DNA of 64,000 nt, from positions 64,001 through 128,000 of IMG/VR virus record IMGVR_UViG_3300036790_000396; one strand, written 5' to 3'. The stretch comes from a virus. The notes under the pieces are model-generated. The model did no database searches and had not been told where the DNA came from. It saw only the letters and a list, made by a program, of their open reading frames with translations. Shown here piece after piece: positions 54,608 to 62,924 of this stretch. Each line of letters starts with the position of its first letter. Position 1 is the stretch's first letter. A program made the position numbers and the translations under genes.

Positions 54608-55158
54608 CGGGATGCCTCCTGACGGGGACGGGACGGCGGGATCCCCCCCGGCGGCGGCCGCCTCATGTCCCGGCTGCCGGGCCCCAGGCACCGCCACCGG
54701 ACGCCTCCCTCGGCAGTGCGGCCCTTGATGTGGACCCGGACCGGCCCGCAGGCTGAGCAGGCCGCGGTGTGCTCGGCCGGGCTGATCTCCGTCAGGACGT
54801 GCACGGCATCGTGGCCGCCGTGCCCGTGGACATGCCGTTTCGGCTGCCCGCTCACGTAGCCGAGGCGCGGGCTGTTCCGGTCCGAGAGGGCCGTGGGCAG
54901 CCCGCACCCGCAGTGGCAGGTACCCCAGGGGACACGGCAGCCGGCCGAGCACGGGCACGGCTCTCCCTGTTTCCCCGGCTGCACGGCCAGCGCCTCCCGG
55001 GACCGCTGCGGGTCCAGGCTGCCCCGGCCGTTGCAGCGCCATTCCGCTGCCTTCCCTCGGGACTTCCTGATCCGCACGCGGCAGCCGCACTCGGAGCACC
55101 GGGCAGACGGCGGGTTCCCGCTGATCTCCGTCAGGAAATGGCGCACGGGCGGGCTCAT
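54604..55158 (-). CDS. Zn-finger protein paralogous to the DNA-binding part of the EndoVII gene, lacking the nuclease domain
   Basis: CPC..GC.VP.GTCHCGCG...G.PKR.V.GH.GH shared with 56337-57206. Confidence 0.7.
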   Translation of the reverse strand: MSPPVRHFLTEISGNPPSARCSECGCRVRIRKSRGKAAEWRCNGRGSLDPQRSREALAVQPGKQGEPCPCSAGCRVPWGTCHCGCGLPTALSDRNSPRLGYVSGQPKRHVHGHGGHDAVHVLTEISPAEHTAACSACGPVRVHIKGRTAEGGVRWRCLGPGSRDMRRPPPGGIPPSRPRQEASR

Positions 55159-55168
55159 CTTCTCTCCC

Positions 55169-55567
55169 TCATTCCCGCGTGCCCTGCTGCGTCTCCGTGC
55201 CGCACGCCGGGACTTTCTCGGGGCGCAGCGAGCTGGCGAGGCGCTCGGAGTTCCGCTGCTCGCCCGGGAGCGGTGCCGGGACGGAGACCTGGCCTGTCTC
55301 CTCTTTCCGGCTGCTCACGGTGCCCCGTGCACGCTGCTCCGTCTGCTTTTCCTGGTACTGGATGCGGACGACGATGCAGTCGTCGTACGGCACCGCCCGC
55401 ACGGCGCCGTCGGGCGCGCTCCGGCCCGGGTTGCGTGCTTCCCACCAGCGGACGGCGTCGCCGATCGCGTCGCTGAGGTCCCGGTGGGCGCAGCCGTCCT
55501 CGCCGTAGAGGGGGACGGACCATTCTTCGTACGTGACGGTGCGCGTGCTGCGGGTGTAGGCGGCCAC
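55169..55567 (-). CDS. Hypothetical protein
   Basis: GGAGG RBS. Confidence 0.55.
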   Translation of the reverse strand: MAAYTRSTRTVTYEEWSVPLYGEDGCAHRDLSDAIGDAVRWWEARNPGRSAPDGAVRAVPYDDCIVVRIQYQEKQTEQRARGTVSSRKEETGQVSVPAPLPGEQRNSERLASSLRPEKVPACGTETQQGTRE

Positions 55568-55857
55568 GGTTCCTCCCGGGGATGTGAAGAGGCCCCTCCC
55601 GCGGTGACAGCGGCGGGAGGGGCCCTGCTCCGCTCCGGCGGGGTACCGGGTGCGGAGAGTGCCGCGCGGTCCGTGCTGCGCGGCGGGAGGAGCGGGTGGC
55701 TCTCCCTGCTCCGGAGTGTACGCGAGCTGCCCGGATGATCGCAAGGTTTATTGATTTTCCCTGGAGTTCAACCTGAACCATATCGCTCTGCTCCAGGCCC
55801 GGGGCCGTAGCGAGACGGATTCGACTGGCGCTTGCGCTCCCAGTACAGCTTCATCTT

Positions 55858-56190
55858 CTAGCTGCGGCTTAGCTGCTCGTAGTCATCGGGCTTTTGGTAG
55901 ACCTCTGGCGGGAGAAAAGATCGCCGCTTCCGGTTCTGGGTAAAAGCGTCGGCCCACTGAACATTTCCGGGCTCGTAATTTCCCTCATTATCGACGCGGT
56001 CAAGAGTATGTCCGTCAGGACGTTCTCCCAGGTTGCCGATGATCCATTCGTAGAATTTTTCGTAATTGTGCCAGTCTGAATGTACCCTTATTCCTCTTTC
56101 TCCATAGTTAATATAGTCTTTGTCCCTTTCGTTCTCGCATCTGCGGATCATTGAGTACCAGGCGCTGTAGAGGGGTTTAGAGGATCCCAC
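55858..56190 (-). CDS. HNH-family endonuclease (short, low GC)
   Basis: Y..W.SM..RC......Y..YG.RGI.V...W...TLDR.DN.GNYEPGN.QWA. Confidence 0.85.
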   Translation of the reverse strand: MGSSKPLYSAWYSMIRRCENERDKDYINYGERGIRVHSDWHNYEKFYEWIIGNLGERPDGHTLDRVDNEGNYEPGNVQWADAFTQNRKRRSFLPPEVYQKPDDYEQLSRS

Positions 56191-56336
56191 GCTCCTATTT
56201 TATCAATATTCCTAGGTTCCGTACCTTCAACCTCAGCTTTAGCTCGGAAGTAGCAGGAGAGGGGCACGCGTTTCTCCCCGGAATACGTAGAGGGAGGTGC
56301 AGCGTGAGCGGACCGTACGCCGGGATGGCGGTGAGG

Positions 56337-57206
56337 TCAGTTCTCGCTGCCGCCGTCCTCCTGCAGGGCCTCCAGCAGGATGCGCCCGGCTTCCAGGATC
56401 TCCTCGCGCGAGGGCTTCAGGTAGACGATGGCCTTCGCCATGCGGACGGGATCGTCGCGGAAGGAACCGAGCCCGGAATTGCAATCCCGGTCCAGGTAGC
56501 CCCGGATGCGCCCGTTCTCGTGATCGTGATCGACGCACAGGGACGTCCCGTTGGTGCCCTTGGCGTTGGGCTCGCCTCCGCAGATGTCGCAGCGGCCAAA
56601 CCGCTTTGCTACCTGGGCGTCGTACTCGGCTCCCGTGACGCCGTACGCGCGCTTGAGGGCAGCGTCCCGGACCTGGCGCCGGTACGCGGGATTGCGCTCG
56701 CGCCATTCGGCGTGCTTTTCCTTGATGACCTCGGCGTTGGCGTTGCGGTAGTCCTCGGCGCTCTGGTGCTCCCGGTTGGAGCACACCCATCCCTTGCCGC
56801 GATCGGCTTTCTGGAGAATTCCGACGCGGCTTCCGCAGCCCCGGCAGTCAGCTGTCCGGCTCTCGGGATCGATGTTCACCAGGTAGTGCTGCGTGACGAG
56901 CCGGCCGAGGCATCTCCACTGAGTGCGTCCCGTCTTGGTCTTGCCGTGGATCCGGATGCTGACGGGGCCGCAAATCGAGCACGTGGCCGTGCGCATCGTC
57001 TCGTCGACGTCACTCAGGCCGTGCGTGATCTTGTGGCCGGCGTGCCCGCGGACGAACCGCTTCGGCTCCCCGGCGGTGTAGCCGTTCGCAGTCTCGGACT
57101 GCGTGGCGATAGTGGTCTCCTGCCCGCACCCGCAGTGGCACGTCCCGTAGGGAATCGTGCACCCGGGGGTACACGGGCAGGTCTGGTTACCAAGGTTGCT
57201 TGTCAT
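56337..57206 (-). CDS. Endonuclease VII-family homing endonuclease with N-terminal Zn modules
   Basis: YGVT..EY......G.C.IC...L.VDHDH..G.IRG.L...CN.GLG.F.D. Confidence 0.88.
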   Translation of the reverse strand: MTSNLGNQTCPCTPGCTIPYGTCHCGCGQETTIATQSETANGYTAGEPKRFVRGHAGHKITHGLSDVDETMRTATCSICGPVSIRIHGKTKTGRTQWRCLGRLVTQHYLVNIDPESRTADCRGCGSRVGILQKADRGKGWVCSNREHQSAEDYRNANAEVIKEKHAEWRERNPAYRRQVRDAALKRAYGVTGAEYDAQVAKRFGRCDICGGEPNAKGTNGTSLCVDHDHENGRIRGYLDRDCNSGLGSFRDDPVRMAKAIVYLKPSREEILEAGRILLEALQEDGGSEN

Positions 57207-57334
57207 AACTCCGAAGGTACCAGAGAGCAGAGCCTGTTTAAACAGGCTCTTTCGTCCGTTCAAACGGATGATCAGCCCGCAGTTCTACTCGGCGCTGAGG
57301 GGAAAGCCCTCGAACACAGATTGGAAAAAGCGCG

Positions 57335-58072
57335 GTGATCAGGACCTACCTCAGCAACGACTATATCAAAAGGACGATCCGTCCCCTCTTTACCTGGACG
57401 CAGGCAACGCCCAAGCCGGTGTTCCTCGACCCGAACTGGACGCGGTCGGTGCCGATCTGGCCGGGCATGGGCTTCGTCCGGACCGTGGGCGACCTCGTCA
57501 CCCTCGCCGGCTCGAACAACGCCCAGCTGAACAGTGCCTACGGCACGGCGACCGACGGCAGCGCCGGCGCCTGGGGACACGCGGGCACGTCCGGCAACGG
57601 CTCGTACGCCCTCAGCACCACGTACGGGACGCCTCCCGTCTACGGGCTCGGCGGGCTGTACGTCGGCGGCGACGGCATCGACGAGCTGCTGTACGCGGGC
57701 ATCAACGCCTTCTCGGTCTGGGTCCTGGGCCCCGACGCGGAGTTCGAGATCCTCGCGCCGGCGTTCGACCCCACCAGCACCTGGGACGACCCGCAGGTGC
57801 TGTCCGGCAGCGGCATGACCGGCGGCGGCTCCGCACTCGTCGGCGTCGCCCTGCAGAACGCCAGCGGGGCCCAGGGCTCGGCTCAGCTCGGCACCGGCAC
57901 CCTCCAGGGGCAGCTCGTCCCCTGGGCAGCGTCGGCATCCATCTCGGCCCCGGTCGCGAAGCTGCTGAAGCAGAACTCCAGCACGAAGATCACGATCGGC
58001 GGCCTGTCGCCGTACGACGCCAACCAGATCCTGGCTGGCATCGGCACGGCCGGCACTGTCGGCGTCAACTAA
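57335..58072 (+). CDS. Capsid decoration protein (cluster C-like)
   Basis: KRTIRPL...QATP...FLDP...PGM...VWVLGPDA.FEILAPAFD; directly upstream of the MCP. Confidence 0.75.
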   Translation: MIRTYLSNDYIKRTIRPLFTWTQATPKPVFLDPNWTRSVPIWPGMGFVRTVGDLVTLAGSNNAQLNSAYGTATDGSAGAWGHAGTSGNGSYALSTTYGTPPVYGLGGLYVGGDGIDELLYAGINAFSVWVLGPDAEFEILAPAFDPTSTWDDPQVLSGSGMTGGGSALVGVALQNASGAQGSAQLGTGTLQGQLVPWAASASISAPVAKLLKQNSSTKITIGGLSPYDANQILAGIGTAGTVGVN

Positions 58073-58103
58073 GGCGACGAGAGAAAAGGAAGGTAAGGCA
58101 GCG

Positions 58104-59123
58104 ATGACCGAACTCGCGACGCTGGCCCCCCAGGGGCAGCTGACCGCGCAGGGCGCTCCGTCCGGGCTGCGCCGCGTAGCGGCTCGCAAGTCTGACGACT
58201 ACGTCACGGACATCGAGCGGCGGCGGGCCTCCCGCTCGCCGCTCACCCGTGAGGCCAAGGTCCGCAAGATGGCCCTGGTCCTGTCCGACGAGATGCACGG
58301 CTTCCGCCGCCTGGGCGTCGGCATGGTCGGCCCCATCCAGCTCAAGCTCCGCTATCAGGGCATCACCCGCAACGTCCTGGTGGAGGACCCGGTCACCCCC
58401 GGCACTCCCGTCGAGTACGACGTGTGGGACGACCTGGGCCAGGCGTACATCCTGTCCGGCACCGAGGGCGAGGTCCGCGTGACCCCGTTCGAGGGCAAGC
58501 GGATCCCGGTCCGGTTCTTCCGGATCGCGTCCCGCCCGGCGATCCGCAAGGAAGACCTCTTCTACCTGCGGATCAACGCGGTCGAGCAGGCCCAGGACGA
58601 GACCAAGCAGGCGATCCTGAAGCAGGAGGACGCGCGGCTGCTCGTCATCCTGCAGGCCGCCGTCACGGACTACGCCACCCGCCCTGACCACGTCGTCACC
58701 CCGAACCACAACATCACCGAGGCCAGCGGCTACCTGACGCCGGGCTCCCTGTACTCCGCGGTCGCGATGACCGACCTGCACGAGCTTCCCTCGGCGCGGA
58801 TCCTCATCAACCCGTTCGACTTCCGGGACCTGTACAGATGGGACATAAACCAGACAGGATGGGCTTTTAAGGACAGGGTGGTAGCTGGTGAGACAATCAC
58901 CTCATTTGGTGAGTTTCAGCTCCAGCGCTCCATCATCGTCCCGCAGGCCAAGATCTTCCTGACGCCCGAGCCGAACTTCCTGGGCGTTTTTCCAGTTCTG
59001 TACTCTCTTGATGTGGAAGAGAACCATCTGGTCGAGGCTTTCTGGAAAGGTTGGGTTTTCGACGAAATGGTGGCCATGTCGATCCTTAACCCAAGGGGCA
59101 TAGCTACTATAACGAAAAGCTGA
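58104..59123 (+). CDS. Major capsid protein (Bxz1/cluster C-type)
   Basis: GPIQL.LRYQGI.RNVL.ED...FEGKR...DLYRWDIN.TGWAFKD.VVAGE...FLGVFPV.YSLDVEE. Confidence 0.93.
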   Translation: MTELATLAPQGQLTAQGAPSGLRRVAARKSDDYVTDIERRRASRSPLTREAKVRKMALVLSDEMHGFRRLGVGMVGPIQLKLRYQGITRNVLVEDPVTPGTPVEYDVWDDLGQAYILSGTEGEVRVTPFEGKRIPVRFFRIASRPAIRKEDLFYLRINAVEQAQDETKQAILKQEDARLLVILQAAVTDYATRPDHVVTPNHNITEASGYLTPGSLYSAVAMTDLHELPSARILINPFDFRDLYRWDINQTGWAFKDRVVAGETITSFGEFQLQRSIIVPQAKIFLTPEPNFLGVFPVLYSLDVEENHLVEAFWKGWVFDEMVAMSILNPRGIATITKS

Positions 59124-59177
59124 GTATTTTCTGTGATGGTCTCAGCGAAGATCATCACAGATGATACAAGGTCATCG

Positions 59178-59239
59178 TTGACATGACTCACCCTCTCCGT
59201 GTAGCCTGACATCAGGATCACATGGAGAGGGTGAGTCAT
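59178..59239 (+). promoter_or_regulatory. Promoter embedded in an RBS-sequestering hairpin
   Basis: TTGACA-N18-TAGCCT; ATGACTCACCCTCTCC (59183-98) pairs with GGAGAGGGTGAGTCAT (59224-39). Confidence 0.7.
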
Positions 59240-59241
59240 TT

Positions 59242-60219
59242 ATGGCACCAAAATCGTCAAAGCCGAAGTACATTGACGAGGTCAAGCGGCTCTACATCAC
59301 GGAGCTGTGGTCTCTTAGCGAGATCAGTCAGCGGCTTGGCCCGAGCGTGCAGACACTTTCTCGCTGGCTGGGTGAAGAGGGGATCGAGCTAGCCGCCCGG
59401 CCCCGCGACCCTAACGCAGGACGCACGCCAGGGGCCCAGGCCGAGATCAATCAGCGCATCAGTGCCGCTCAGGCTGCGCGCCTGGAGTCCGGCGGCAACC
59501 GCGGCGGCCGGGTAAAGCAGTTTGCCGAAGAGACGCGTTCCTGCGCGAATCCGGGATGTGATGCCGCTTTCCGTGTCCGCGAAGACTCCTCGCAGCAGTT
59601 CTGCAGCCGCCAGTGCGCACGCACGGTGGGCAATAAGCAGCGGTGGGACGGGAAGAAAAATATGACCACATGCCCGTGTGGTGAGATATTCTACAGCCCG
59701 TATCCGAAGAAATATCATTCAGATGAATGCCGACAGGAATACGGCGGCAAGAGGCAGCCTAACCCGGCTAACACTCTTACGGGGATCTGCCAGAATCCTG
59801 GCTGCCCGCAGTCGGCTCGTGAGTTCTCTTACCCGAAATCGCAAGGGCACCGGAAGTACTGTTCTGATAAGTGCTCGCAGGAGCATGTGCGTCCCATCGA
59901 GCAGCTGAACGGCCTGGAAAAGCAGTTCACCGGCTTGTGCGAGCTGACGGGCATCGGCTGGCGTCGGCCTTTCGCCGACGAGCAGATCTCGTGGGGCGAG
60001 CGCGGATCTTACGCGCCTGACTTCATCTGCGAGTGGCAGGGCTCCGTGGTTGCCATCGAGACCAAGGGCGACTACTGGATTAAGGAAGACACCCATGCCA
60101 AGATCGACGCGTGGCGCGCTCGCAAGGAGATTCCCGTGATTCTCCTGTTCGAGTCCCAGGTGAGGGAGCTGCGGATGATTCCCGATGCGGCTGCCTTCTG
60201 GATGCGGCTGCAGGGATAG
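59242..60219 (+). CDS. Putative homing endonuclease: HTH, Zn (TRASH-like) repeats, PD-(D/E)xK domain
   Basis: HTH at the N-terminus; three C..C...(F/Y)CS..C repeats; YAPDF...IETKG. Confidence 0.8.
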   Translation: MAPKSSKPKYIDEVKRLYITELWSLSEISQRLGPSVQTLSRWLGEEGIELAARPRDPNAGRTPGAQAEINQRISAAQAARLESGGNRGGRVKQFAEETRSCANPGCDAAFRVREDSSQQFCSRQCARTVGNKQRWDGKKNMTTCPCGEIFYSPYPKKYHSDECRQEYGGKRQPNPANTLTGICQNPGCPQSAREFSYPKSQGHRKYCSDKCSQEHVRPIEQLNGLEKQFTGLCELTGIGWRRPFADEQISWGERGSYAPDFICEWQGSVVAIETKGDYWIKEDTHAKIDAWRARKEIPVILLFESQVRELRMIPDAAAFWMRLQG

Positions 60220-60232
60220 GCTCTGCGATGTA

Positions 60233-60271
60233 GTGCCCCGGCCTCTCTGGGAGATGTGAGGCCGGGGCACT
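60233..60271. repeat. 39-bp hairpin/terminator, copy 1
   Basis: Identical to 61105-61143. Confidence 0.85.
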
Positions 60272-60478
60272 GTTCTTGCCTCATGAGCGAGCCGGAGCCA
60301 GCGGACGCCGCGCCGCGCACCGCGGGGCTGTCCGGCTGTAGTTGCAGTGTCACTTACTCCCGGCCGCAAGCGCAGGGGTTCCTGTGCCGCAAGGACCGGA
60401 AACGGCCCTCTGCGCCCGGCGCAAGCGCACGGCCGGGCCGCAAGCGCGGGGTCATGCCCGGCGCAAGCGTGCTAGCTT

Positions 60479-60751
60479 TTACCAATAAACCTTGCTATGC
60501 CACGCCAGGAGCGCCTCCATGGTCCTGGGCGCTCCTTCCTCCCACCGCGCGCCCCGGTCGACTGCGGCCATCGCGAAGTTGCAGCGGTAGCACGCCTCGC
60601 CGCGGACGGCATCGTGGGCGTGGCAGTGCTCGAAGACGAAGGAGCCCTGCGCCTGCCCGCAGATGCCGCACGGCGACCGGGCGGGGCGGAAGCCGCCCTG
60701 CCGGCGCAGGAGGGCCAGCTCGCGGTAGCTCGATGAGGGGAAGTCGTCCAT
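60479..60751 (-). CDS. Minimal endonuclease VII-like protein (leaderless)
   Basis: CGICG...EHCH.H..VRG.AC..CN; -10 TATGCT 6 nt before the ATG. Confidence 0.7.
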   Translation of the reverse strand: MDDFPSSSYRELALLRRQGGFRPARSPCGICGQAQGSFVFEHCHAHDAVRGEACYRCNFAMAAVDRGARWEEGAPRTMEALLAWHSKVYW

Positions 60752-60817
60752 GGCCCTAGCATATACCAAGGTTTATTGGTAATATGGAGCTATCTCCTCC
60801 TCGGAAGGACCGATCTC

Positions 60818-61063
60818 ATGAGCCTCGCCTCGCTGATCACCCCGCAGACCCGGCGCGAGCACCGCGCCACCTGGTACGCGTACGCCGGCGGCCGGGGGCA
60901 GCTCCTCCAGAAGATGCGCCATACGGCGCAGATGCGGGGCCACTGGGCCGGGTACGACGTGACGTGCTCCTGCGGGTGGGAGTCGCACACGGGAGGCGCC
61001 ACCAGGGGCTGCGTGAGCGGGATGCTCTGGGACCACCGCTACGCGGCGCAGGCTAGCGCATAG
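60818..61063 (+). CDS. Hypothetical protein (CSCGWE)
   Basis: GGAAGGA RBS; motif-containing promoter upstream. Confidence 0.6.
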   Translation: MSLASLITPQTRREHRATWYAYAGGRGQLLQKMRHTAQMRGHWAGYDVTCSCGWESHTGGATRGCVSGMLWDHRYAAQASA

Positions 61064-61104
61064 CTTTTACCGGCAAGTGCGGCAGCGAGGTAAGCTGCGG
61101 CGCG

Positions 61105-61143
61105 GTGCCCCGGCCTCTCTGGGAGATGTGAGGCCGGGGCACT
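61105..61143. repeat. 39-bp hairpin/terminator, copy 2
   Basis: Identical to 60233-60271. Confidence 0.85.
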
Positions 61144-61317
61144 ATTCTCTGATCTCTGAGGCCATATAACTCTCAGTTACTGGTTCAGGATCTACCAGGG
61201 TATTCTACCCAGGTCTATAGTCATATTTAACTGTTTTAATTGTCACCCATTGTGTTCGCCGTCGAAGATGAGGATGATGAGGAAGGTGCAGCCAGCACAT
61301 AGAGGCAAGGAGTAATA

Positions 61318-61461
61318 ATGCCTGGATTCGACGGAATACTGCAGCGGATAGGCAGCTGGGAGTGCGAGGCCGATCCTTCGCACCGCATCACTGTCAATAG
61401 CCGAGGCGAAGCTTCATGCGGAGTAGACCAGAGTCACGCAGTGAAGCGCGAAGAGAACTAG
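61318..61461 (+). CDS. Small hypothetical protein
   Basis: AAGGAG RBS; 47 aa with two C...H half-motifs, translated by hand. Confidence 0.4.
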   Translation: MPGFDGILQRIGSWECEADPSHRITVNSRGEASCGVDQSHAVKREEN

Positions 61462-61493
61462 CTTTTATCAATAAACCTTGCTATCCTGGCCTC

Positions 61494-61757
61494 ATGATCA
61501 CTTCCGTACCTCCCCGCGAGGTCCCGGCCGACGAGGCCGGCGGCCATGCCGCCTGGCACGCCTGGCGCGAGCACCTCGGCCTGGGCACCGCCGGCCCCGA
61601 CACGCTCATCTGGAACCGCCTCGCCTCCCGCAGCCGGGTCCTGTGGGTGCAGCGCGCCGCCGCTCCCGGCTGCTCCCTCCCCGACGACAGCGCGCTGCTG
61701 CGCCAGGTCATGGCCGCGCACGCCGCCAGCCCGGAGGCCGGCAATGGCCGCGGCTGA
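61494..61757 (+). CDS. Hypothetical protein (leaderless)
   Basis: -10 TATCCT 6 nt upstream. Confidence 0.55.
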   Translation: MITSVPPREVPADEAGGHAAWHAWREHLGLGTAGPDTLIWNRLASRSRVLWVQRAAAPGCSLPDDSALLRQVMAAHAASPEAGNGRG

Positions 61758-62184
61758 GGGAGCGCCCGGCTCCTTCTCGGAGGCCAGGTGGTTCCGGGTG
61801 CTGTGCGAGATGACCGGGATCGGCTGCCGGCCGCCGGAGGAGCGGGAGCGGGCTGTCATGGCCACCGCGAATCCCTTCCTCATTGAGTATTCCGGCTACG
61901 CGCCCCTGTTCATCTGCCGGCACGGCACCGCCGTGACGGGCGTCGAGATCCACGACGGCGACCTCACTCCGGAGATGACCCGGGACCTGGGCACCTGGTG
62001 CGCCCGGACGGGCACTGCCGTCTCCCTCATCACCGCTGCGCACGTGCGCGACCTGCGCGCCCGCACGGAGGCTGATGACTTCTGGTCCTACCTCGCCGCG
62101 CGGGACGCGCTGAACATCACCGCCGTCCTCAACGCCGCCCTCCAGCTGCCGCCGCGGGAGAATCCGCCCTCCCGTCCTTCCTGA
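61744..62184 (+). CDS. Hypothetical protein
   Basis: GGAGG RBS. Confidence 0.55.
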   Translation: MAAAEGAPGSFSEARWFRVLCEMTGIGCRPPEERERAVMATANPFLIEYSGYAPLFICRHGTAVTGVEIHDGDLTPEMTRDLGTWCARTGTAVSLITAAHVRDLRARTEADDFWSYLAARDALNITAVLNAALQLPPRENPPSRPS

Positions 62185-62194
62185 CGTCCCCGGC

Positions 62195-62226
62195 GCCCCG
62201 GTCCCCCGAAGGACCGGGGCGTTTTC
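62195..62226 (+). terminator. Intrinsic terminator
   Basis: GCCCCGGTCC-loop-GGACCGGGGC followed by GTTTT. Confidence 0.7.
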
Positions 62227-62263
62227 GTTGTTTTTCCTAAGATTTATTGATACTGTGGATCTC

Positions 62264-62863
62264 ATGAAGACCATCACCGTCGCCGCCCCCCTCCTGGGCG
62301 CTCTTGCCATCGCCGGCCTCGCCGCCTGCGCCCCTGCCACCGTCACCGCCGTCTCCTCCGCGCCCGCGGCGCCCCCGGTGCCCCCGGCCTCCGCGCCGGC
62401 TCCGAGCGCCTCTCCCTCCCCCTCCGCCACGGCGGCCTCCCTCGGCACCACCTTCGAGGTGACGTCGGAGAACACGTCCGACGGAAGCCCCGTCACCTAC
62501 AGGGTCACCCTCGACAAGGTCGACCAGGACGCGCAGCTCGGCGCCTACCAGACCCCCGACAACCCCTCCGACCACATGGCCGCCGCCGAGTTCACCGTCA
62601 CCGGCGTGACCGGGCAGGCGTCCGACGACGTCAACTCCGACGCCGTCGCCCTGGACGGCGATACCTCGGTCCTGCAGGCGTCGTTCGACGACGTGTCCGA
62701 CGGCGGCAATTTCAACTCCGGCACCTGGTCCGTCGGCCCCGGCGAGACGCAGTCCGGCTGGGCGGCGTTCGAGGTCCCCTCCGGCCAGAAGGTCACCGCC
62801 GTGCAGTGGCAGGCCGATGACGGCTTCGGCGGCTCCTCCGGCCAGTGGAACCTCGGCTCCTGA
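62264..62863 (+). CDS. Lipoprotein, DUF4352-like
   Basis: Signal peptide with LAAC lipobox; P/S/A linker; V.PGE...G...FEVP. Confidence 0.75.
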   Translation: MKTITVAAPLLGALAIAGLAACAPATVTAVSSAPAAPPVPPASAPAPSASPSPSATAASLGTTFEVTSENTSDGSPVTYRVTLDKVDQDAQLGAYQTPDNPSDHMAAAEFTVTGVTGQASDDVNSDAVALDGDTSVLQASFDDVSDGGNFNSGTWSVGPGETQSGWAAFEVPSGQKVTAVQWQADDGFGGSSGQWNLGS

Positions 62864-62924
62864 CCCTCTTCACCCGCGCCCCGTCTCCTTCCCGGAGGCG
62901 GGGCGCTTTGCTATCTTTATTGGC

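Noticed and set aside
60233-61484. CRISPR array
   Set aside because: Only two 39-bp copies, 872 bp apart with genes between them; no regular spacers and no cas genes.
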